A stretch of DNA of 64,000 nucleotides. It comes from Escherichia coli. GTDB lineage: Bacteria > Pseudomonadota > Gammaproteobacteria > Enterobacterales > Enterobacteriaceae. A program made the position numbers and the translations under genes. Below are positions 50,688 to 64,000 of the stretch, piece after piece. Under the pieces are notes generated by a model that was not told the origin of the DNA, did not search any database, and saw only the letters and a program-made list of their open reading frames with translations. Positions within the stretch are counted from its first letter, which is position 1; every line of letters begins with the position of its first letter. The DNA is taken from NCBI RefSeq assembly GCF_003334315.1, contig NZ_QOWR01000008.1. One strand, written 5' to 3'.

Positions 50688-50777
50688 TGGCGGAGAGAGG
50701 GGGATTTGAACCCCCGGTAGAGTTGCCCCTACTCCGGTTTTCGAGACCGGTCCGTTCAGCCGCTCCGGCATCTCTCC
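50688..50777 (-). tRNA. serU: tRNA-Ser (anticodon CGA)
   Basis: The reverse complement reads GGAGAGATGCCGGAGCGGCTGAACGGACCGGTCTCGAAAACCGGAGTAGGGGCAACTCTACCGGGGGTTCAAATCCCCCTCTCTCCGCCA (90 nt, long variable arm). Confidence 0.95.
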
Positions 50778-50870
50778 GTTCAGATGGTTGCCATGATGCC
50801 AGGAAATTTGGCATTTTAACAGTCCCTGTCCGTGCAATTTTGTTCAAGTGACGAGTTTGCGAGCAAAACG

Positions 50871-51668
50871 ATGATTAAGTGGCCCTGGAAAGTACAAGAA
50901 TCAGCATATCAAACTGCCCTTCCCTGGCAGGAAGCACTATCGATCCCCCTTTTAACGGGTCTGACGGAACAGGAACAAAGCAAATTAGTCACTCTTGCCG
51001 AACGTTTTTTACAGCAAAAGCGGCTTGTTCCTTTACAGGGCTTTGAACTGGATTCATTAAGAAGCTGCCGGATAGCACTTCTATTTTGCCTACCCGTTCT
51101 GGAGTTAGGACTGGAATGGCTGGATGGTTTTCATGAAGTCTTAATTTATCCTGCGCCATTTGTGGTCGATGATGAATGGGAAGACGATATCGGTCTGGTG
51201 CATAACCAACGTATTGTTCAGTCAGGTCAGAGCTGGCAGCAAGGGCCTATCGTTTTGAACTGGTTGGATATACAAGATTCTTTTGATGCATCTGGTTTTA
51301 ACCTGATTATTCATGAAGTCGCTCATAAGCTGGACACCCGTAACGGCGATCGCGCCAGCGGAGTTCCCTTTATTCCGTTGCGTGAGGTTGCTGGCTGGGA
51401 ACACGATCTTCATGCTGCAATGAACAACATTCAGGAAGAAATCGAATTGGTTGGCGAGAATGCGGCGAGCATTGATGCTTATGCTGCCAGTGATCCTGCT
51501 GAATGTTTTGCCGTACTTTCTGAATATTTCTTTAGCGCCCCAGAACTTTTTGCTCCTCGTTTCCCTTCATTGTGGCAACGTTTCTGCCAATTTTATCAAC
51601 AAGATCCTTTGCAGAGACTGCATCGCACTAATGATACAGACTCGTTTTCGGCGACGAATGTTCATTAA
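50871..51668 (+). CDS. mtfA: Mlc titration factor A (zinc aminopeptidase)
   Basis: ATG at 50871 gives 265 aa ([12 protein letters not shown]...). The zinc-peptidase motif HEVAHKLD is present. Confidence 0.93.
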   Translation: MIKWPWKVQESAYQTALPWQEALSIPLLTGLTEQEQSKLVTLAERFLQQKRLVPLQGFELDSLRSCRIALLFCLPVLELGLEWLDGFHEVLIYPAPFVVDDEWEDDIGLVHNQRIVQSGQSWQQGPIVLNWLDIQDSFDASGFNLIIHEVAHKLDTRNGDRASGVPFIPLREVAGWEHDLHAAMNNIQEEIELVGENAASIDAYAASDPAECFAVLSEYFFSAPELFAPRFPSLWQRFCQFYQQDPLQRLHRTNDTDSFSATNVH

Positions 51669-51721
51669 TTAACAACTTTGCAGATTAATTAACCAATTGA
51701 AATGACTTATGAAATTTAGTG

Positions 51722-51750
51722 TTGACAGACAAGGTACCGCTAAGTAATAT
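51722..51750 (+). promoter_or_regulatory. Sigma70 promoter of asnT
   Basis: Consensus -35 TTGACA (51722-51727), a 17-bp spacer and -10 TAATAT (51745-51750), followed by the GC-rich discriminator GCGCCCC typical of stringently controlled tRNA promoters. Confidence 0.8.
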
Positions 51751-51768
51751 GCGCCCCGTTCACACGAT

Positions 51769-51844
51769 TCCTCTGTAGTTCAGTCGGTAGAACGGCGGAC
51801 TGTTAATCCGTATGTCACTGGTTCGAGTCCAGTCAGAGGAGCCA
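51769..51844 (+). tRNA. asnT: tRNA-Asn (anticodon GUU)
   Basis: TCCTCTGTAGTTCAGTCGGTAGAACGGCGGACTGTTAATCCGTATGTCACTGGTTCGAGTCCAGTCAGAGGAGCCA (76 nt). Confidence 0.95.
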
Positions 51845-51933
51845 AATTCTAAAAATTCGCTTTTTTAGCGCAATGTTACTGACCTTAGTTGAACATTGTT
51901 TTTTAACGGATAGCGGGTTTTTAACATCTTAAG

Positions 51934-51964
51934 CGCCCTCGACCTTTATGGTTGAGGGCGTTTT
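51934..51964 (+). terminator. Intrinsic terminator downstream of asnT
   Basis: Stem CGCCCTCGAC/GTTGAGGGCG with one wobble, followed by TTTT. Confidence 0.7.
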
Positions 51965-52157
51965 GCTATGAACGCCATCACCATTTTCCCCTCGATTATA
52001 AAACTTGAGTTATTCAGTAGTCTCCCCTCTTGCAACTCACACCCAAAACTGCCTAACGAAAAGTTATTAATTTTCAATCATATTGCTATCAGGATTTACA
52101 TTTTTTCGCTGTGCTAGAAAGGGCGCATTTATGTTAGCTCGTTCAGGGAAGGTAAGC

Positions 52158-59234
<7,077 letters not shown>

Positions 59235-59253
59235 TTTTCCGTTATAATTTCTT

Positions 59254-59285
59254 AAAGAGTGCTCCATTCGGAGCACTCTTTTTTA
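59254..59285. terminator. Bidirectional intrinsic terminator between convergent yeeJ and yeeL
   Basis: 11-bp perfect stem AAGAGTGCTCC/GGAGCACTCTT with a 4-nt loop, plus a T-run on the 3' side and an A-containing 5' flank. Confidence 0.8.
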
Positions 59286-59495
59286 CATTCCCTCTATAGA
59301 GCTTGCCCTTCTCTCACAGAAAATGAATAAATAAAACTGCTGCACCGCAAGAATCGCGTTCGATGTGACTATGATCGTATCCGGTGAGTACAGCTTTGAT
59401 CCAAAGGCTGGTTTTCTGTGATGATTGACCAGCCTCAGAGTATTGATGACACCACCGTTCATAACAGATCGGCATTACTATGCATAAGTACTGTC

Positions 59496-60548
59496 TCATA
59501 TTCTCGCCAAAACACTTTTTAATGCCTTTGCGAATTCATCCAGACTTATATTGTCAATTTTTTGCCCAACGACGACTGACTCCGAAACATCGGCCATTGC
59601 GGGCCATCGCGTTTTGTAATCAGCATAAATTGCAACAACGGGAGTATTATAGGCACTTGCCATATGTAATATTGAGGTGTCAGGAGTTATTGCGATATAA
59701 GCATCTTTTATGATTGCTGCTGAACGTTTAATCGAGGGTGATAAGGATAAACGGTAGACATTATTATAACAATCCACTAATACCCTGGCTTTATCTTCCC
59801 CTTTTGGTCCATGAACGATCACTATTGGTATATCTGTTTCACTTTGAATTTTTGCTATTAGATTTTCTGCAATCGATAATGAAAATGTACGTTCCTGCGA
59901 GCTACCTTCTAAATTAAGCGCAATGTAAGATCCTAACGATCGCATTTCCTCGCGCACCTCATCGAGTACATCCTCACTTAGTGGCAATTCATATATTGGC
60001 CTGACTGCTGGAAAACCCGCCTCACGCATCATAAATGCCCATGTCATGGGTACAGGAGCCCGGATATTCTGATCCATCCGGGACGCGTTCTTGCACAAAG
60101 GGGAGTAGCACTTCATGGTTAAACCAACAACCTGAAAATTCGTTTTTGCTTTCAACTGACTGATAAATATCATCGTTTTCAGGTTCTTTTTACGCATCGC
60201 CTCTATACAAAGATCCGGCGTACCGTATTTCTGTGTTATGTTCTTTGCTAAATCTTTTATTTCTTTTAATGTTGCGTGATCCTGCATAGTCATTGTGACT
60301 AATGTTAATTTAGTCTTTTCAAGTTTAAGTGCATTAAACACTTCTAAATTAATTGTCGACGTAACAATTAAAAGATGCTTAATTTTATGCAATTCAAGCG
60401 CCCGAATAACAGGAAAGATGGCCATAGCATCGCCAATCTGGTCGGGAATATGGATGACAACAAAGTCTGTTTTTTCAATATTGAAATTATAAGCTTTATA
60501 ATCGTAGTAACTAAATGCAATACGTCTCAACAATGATGCTAAAAACAT
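59496..60548 (-). CDS. yeeL: Family-9 glycosyltransferase (heptosyltransferase-like), intact YeeL
   Basis: 350-aa uninterrupted ORF with ATG at 60548, 6 nt after a GAGG SD. It has a GT-B/GT9-like layout (N-half IGDAMAIFPVIRAL, C-half ITPDTSILHMASAYNTPVVAIY). The gene is AT-rich. Its position between yeeJ and shiA matches the K-12 yeeL pseudogene locus. Confidence 0.8.
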   Translation of the reverse strand: MFLASLLRRIAFSYYDYKAYNFNIEKTDFVVIHIPDQIGDAMAIFPVIRALELHKIKHLLIVTSTINLEVFNALKLEKTKLTLVTMTMQDHATLKEIKDLAKNITQKYGTPDLCIEAMRKKNLKTMIFISQLKAKTNFQVVGLTMKCYSPLCKNASRMDQNIRAPVPMTWAFMMREAGFPAVRPIYELPLSEDVLDEVREEMRSLGSYIALNLEGSSQERTFSLSIAENLIAKIQSETDIPIVIVHGPKGEDKARVLVDCYNNVYRLSLSPSIKRSAAIIKDAYIAITPDTSILHMASAYNTPVVAIYADYKTRWPAMADVSESVVVGQKIDNISLDEFAKALKSVLARI

Positions 60549-60862
60549 ACCTAACCTCGCCTCCCTACTGGTTATAATGCAATGCAGTCTATCAGACTCA
60601 TCAGGGTGCCATTTTGTGCATATGCGGACTTTTATGTTTCATATCTCTAACCTGTGGGTCCTCTGCTTAATCCTTAAACAACACCAGCAACTCCTGCGCT
60701 TTCATCTTCCATCGAATTTTTCATGTTGCCGCTAATCAGCCATAAAATCATTTGCAGATGCGCTCTGTCGAGGTAGTCTCATAAGGTTCGTTTATAGATC
60801 GACGGCAATGTGAGTTACCTTTTCCATACTAATTATAAAAAGACAGTACAAACAGGATCATT

Positions 60863-62179
60863 ATGGACTCCACGCTCATCTCCACTCGTCCCGATGAAGG
60901 GACGCTTTCGTTAAGTCGCGCCCGACGAGCTGCGTTAGGCAGCTTCGCTGGTGCCGTCGTCGACTGGTATGATTTTTTACTCTATGGCATCACCGCCGCA
61001 CTGGTGTTTAATCGCGAGTTTTTCCCGCAAGTAAGCCCGGCGATGGGAACGCTCGCCGCATTTGCTACCTTTGGCGTCGGATTCCTTTTCCGTCCGCTCG
61101 GCGGTGTCATTTTCGGTCACTTTGGCGACCGACTGGGACGTAAGCGCATGTTAATGCTGACCGTCTGGATGATGGGCATCGCGACAGCCTTGATTGGTAT
61201 TCTTCCTTCATTCTCGACCATTGGGTGGTGGGCACCTATTTTGCTGGTGACACTGCGTGCCATTCAGGGATTTGCCGTCGGCGGCGAATGGGGAGGCGCG
61301 GCGTTGCTTTCCGTTGAAAGTGCACCGAAAAATAAAAAAGCCTTTTACAGTAGCGGTGTACAAGTTGGCTACGGTGTAGGTTTACTGCTTTCAACCGGAC
61401 TGGTTTCATTGATCAGTATGATGACGACTGACGAACAGTTTTTAAGCTGGGGCTGGCGCATTCCTTTCCTGTTTAGCATCGTACTGGTACTGGGAGCATT
61501 GTGGGTGCGCAATGGCATGGAGGAGTCCGCGGAATTTGAACAACAGCAACATTATCAAGCTGCCGCGAAAAAACGCATCCCGGTTATCGAAGCGCTGTTA
61601 CGACATCCCGGTGCTTTCCTGAAGATTATTGCGCTACGACTGTGCGAATTGCTGACGATGTACATCGTTACTGCCTTTGCACTTAATTATTCAACCCAGA
61701 ATATGGGGTTACCGCGCGAACTTTTCCTCAATATTGGTTTGCTGGTAGGTGGATTAAGCTGCCTGACAATTCCCTGTTTTGCCTGGCTTGCCGATCGTTT
61801 TGGTCGCCGCAGGGTTTATATCACAGGTGCGTTAATCGGAACGTTGAGCGCATTTCCTTTCTTTATGGCGCTTGAAGCACAATCTATTTTCTGGATAGTT
61901 TTCTTCTCCATAATGCTGGCAAACATTGCGCATGACATGGTGGTGTGTGTGCAACAACCGATGTTTACCGAAATGTTTGGTGCCAGTTATCGCTATAGTG
62001 GCGCTGGAGTCGGTTATCAGGTTGCCAGTGTGGTTGGCGGTGGATTTACACCTTTTATTGCCGCTGCACTCATCACTTACTTTGCCGGGAACTGGCATAG
62101 CGTCGCCATTTATTTGCTGGCTGGATGCCTGATTTCCGCAATGACCGCTTTGTTGATGAAAGACAGTCAACGCGCTTGA
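60863..62179 (+). CDS. shiA: Shikimate:H+ symporter (MFS)
   Basis: 438-aa ORF with 12 TM segments and the MFS motif GHFGDRLGRKR. Recognised as ShiA. Confidence 0.94.
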   Translation: MDSTLISTRPDEGTLSLSRARRAALGSFAGAVVDWYDFLLYGITAALVFNREFFPQVSPAMGTLAAFATFGVGFLFRPLGGVIFGHFGDRLGRKRMLMLTVWMMGIATALIGILPSFSTIGWWAPILLVTLRAIQGFAVGGEWGGAALLSVESAPKNKKAFYSSGVQVGYGVGLLLSTGLVSLISMMTTDEQFLSWGWRIPFLFSIVLVLGALWVRNGMEESAEFEQQQHYQAAAKKRIPVIEALLRHPGAFLKIIALRLCELLTMYIVTAFALNYSTQNMGLPRELFLNIGLLVGGLSCLTIPCFAWLADRFGRRRVYITGALIGTLSAFPFFMALEAQSIFWIVFFSIMLANIAHDMVVCVQQPMFTEMFGASYRYSGAGVGYQVASVVGGGFTPFIAAALITYFAGNWHSVAIYLLAGCLISAMTALLMKDSQRA

Positions 62180-62280
62180 TAGCCTGGCGAAGATCATCCG
62201 ATCTTCGCCTTACACTTTTGTTTCACATTTCTGTGACATACTATCGGATGTGCGGTAATTGTATGGAACAGGAGACACAC

Positions 62281-63735
62281 ATGAATAATAAGGGCTCCGG
62301 TCTGACCCCAGCTCAGGCACTGGATAAACTCGACGCGCTGTATGAGCAATCTGTAGTCGCATTACGCAACGCCATTGGCAACTATATTACAAGTGGCGAA
62401 TTACCTGATGAAAACGCCCGCAAACAAGGTCTTTTTGTCTATCCATCACTGACCGTAACCTGGGACGGTAGCACAACCAATCCCCCCAAAACGCGCGCAT
62501 TTGGTCGCTTTACCCACGCAGGCAGCTACACCACCACGATTACTCGCCCTACTCTCTTTCGTTCGTATCTTAATGAACAACTTACGTTGCTGTATCAGGA
62601 TTATGGTGCGCATATCTCAGTGCAACCCTCGCAGCATGAAATCCCTTATCCTTATGTCATCGATGGCTCTGAATTGACACTTGATCGCTCAATGAGCGCT
62701 GGGTTAACTCGCTACTTCCCGACAACAGAACTGGCGCAAATTGGCGATGAAACTGCAGACGGCATTTATCATCCAACTGAATTCTCCCCGCTATCGCATT
62801 TTGATGCGCGCCGCGTCGATTTTTCCCTCGCACGGTTGCGCCATTATACCGGTACGCCAGTTGAACATTTTCAGCCGTTCGTCTTGTTTACCAACTACAC
62901 ACGTTATGTGGATGAATTCGTTCGTTGGGGATGCAGCCAGATCCTCGATCCTGATAGTCCCTACATTGCCCTTTCTTGTGCTGGCGGGAACTGGATCACC
63001 GCCGAAACCGAAGCGCCAGAAGAAGCCATTTCCGACCTTGCATGGAAAAAACATCAGATGCCAGCATGGCATTTAATTACCGCCGATGGTCAGGGTATTA
63101 CTCTGGTGAATATTGGCGTGGGACCGTCAAATGCTAAAACCATCTGCGATCATCTGGCAGTGCTACGCCCGGATGTCTGGTTGATGATTGGTCACTGTGG
63201 CGGATTACGTGAAAGTCAGGCCATTGGCGATTATGTACTTGCACACGCTTATTTACGCGATGACCACGTTCTTGATGCGGTTCTGCCGCCCGATATTCCT
63301 ATTCCGAGCATTGCTGAAGTGCAACGTGCGCTTTATGACGCCACCAAGCTGGTGAGCGGCAGGCCCGGTGAGGAAGTCAAACAGCGGCTACGTACTGGTA
63401 CTGTGGTAACCACAGATGACAGGAACTGGGAATTACGTTACTCAGCTTCTGCACTTCGTTTTAACTTAAGCCGGGCCGTAGCAATTGATATGGAAAGTGC
63501 AACCATTGCCGCGCAAGGATATCGTTTCCGCGTGCCATACGGGACACTACTGTGTGTTTCAGATAAACCGTTGCATGGCGAGATTAAACTTCCCGGCCAG
63601 GCTAACCGTTTTTATGAAGGCGCTATTTCCGAACATCTGCAAATTGGCATTCGGGCGATCGATTTGCTGCGCGCAGAAGGCGACCGACTGCATTCGCGTA
63701 AATTACGAACCTTTAATGAGCCGCCGTTCCGATAA
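62281..63735 (+). CDS. amn: AMP nucleosidase
   Basis: ATG at 62281 follows a GGAGA SD and gives 484 aa (MNNKGSGLTPAQALDKLDALYEQS...). The 536-aa ORF-track extension overlaps shiA and was rejected. Confidence 0.94.
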   Translation: MNNKGSGLTPAQALDKLDALYEQSVVALRNAIGNYITSGELPDENARKQGLFVYPSLTVTWDGSTTNPPKTRAFGRFTHAGSYTTTITRPTLFRSYLNEQLTLLYQDYGAHISVQPSQHEIPYPYVIDGSELTLDRSMSAGLTRYFPTTELAQIGDETADGIYHPTEFSPLSHFDARRVDFSLARLRHYTGTPVEHFQPFVLFTNYTRYVDEFVRWGCSQILDPDSPYIALSCAGGNWITAETEAPEEAISDLAWKKHQMPAWHLITADGQGITLVNIGVGPSNAKTICDHLAVLRPDVWLMIGHCGGLRESQAIGDYVLAHAYLRDDHVLDAVLPPDIPIPSIAEVQRALYDATKLVSGRPGEEVKQRLRTGTVVTTDDRNWELRYSASALRFNLSRAVAIDMESATIAAQGYRFRVPYGTLLCVSDKPLHGEIKLPGQANRFYEGAISEHLQIGIRAIDLLRAEGDRLHSRKLRTFNEPPFR

Positions 63736-64000
63736 TAAGTTCTGAACCTTCTTATCAGAAATAGATGTGAAGGAGTAAGTAAGACACCTGGCAAATAGCC
63801 TGCAATAATCGTGGGCTGTTTGCTTCCTTGGGCGGATACGAGTTTTATTATCGTCTTAATGATTTCCACATATTAAAAGCAAGTATGCTTTCAAAACACA
63901 ATTATAAAAAATCCCGCCAACAATATAAGTTTTTATAAAATTAAATATAAGATTATGGCTTTAGAATATTTTTATTTCTAATAGACGAGATTTTTCCTGT

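Noticed and set aside
51845-52157. Possible genomic island (such as the Yersinia HPI or another asn-tRNA-associated island) downstream of asnT.
   Set aside because: asnT is followed directly by its terminator and then the yeeJ promoter region. There is no integrase, no repeat of the tRNA 3' end and no foreign genes, so the site is unoccupied.

Overview
This window is a contiguous Escherichia coli chromosomal segment. By my recollection (not a search) it is colinear with the K-12 interval tyrP'-yecA-(leuZ-cysT-glyW)-pgsA-uvrC-uvrY ... shiA-amn. I could support about 70 protein genes, five tRNAs (leuZ, cysT, glyW, serU, asnT) and the sRNA DsrA, whose sequence I recognised base for base. I also annotate a probable RseX sRNA, sigma28 promoters, RcsAB, HprR/CusR and Zur operator-like sites, REP/BIME elements and several intrinsic terminators.

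Gene content:
- Flagellar regions IIIa (fliAZ-tcyJ, fliC, fliDST) and IIIb (fliE, fliFGHIJK, fliLMNOPQR).
- The cystine/D-cysteine cluster tcyJLN-dcyD.
- The rcsA-dsrB-yodD-dsrA-yedP-dgcQ stress and biofilm cluster.
- dcm-vsr.
- The hprRS-hiuH-msrPQ oxidative-repair cluster.
- zinT.
- The giant inverse-autotransporter adhesin yeeJ.

I saw no CRISPR array, IS element, prophage or recognisable defence island.

The strain is not K-12. The differences I can see are:
1. The yedL-yedN-yedM-intG segment between yedK and fliE is absent, leaving a 393-bp spacer that may hold an integrase-arm remnant.
2. fliC is a short (436 aa) non-H48 allele, and fliD has diverged with it.
3. The porin gene yedS is intact.
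4. The GT9 glycosyltransferase gene yeeL is intact.

I did not find convincing evidence for a wholly undescribed system. The leads most worth follow-up are the yeeJ/yeeL adhesin-glycosyltransferase adjacency, the rseX-yedS arrangement and the yedK-fliE junction scar. All K-12 comparisons are from memory and should be confirmed by alignment.
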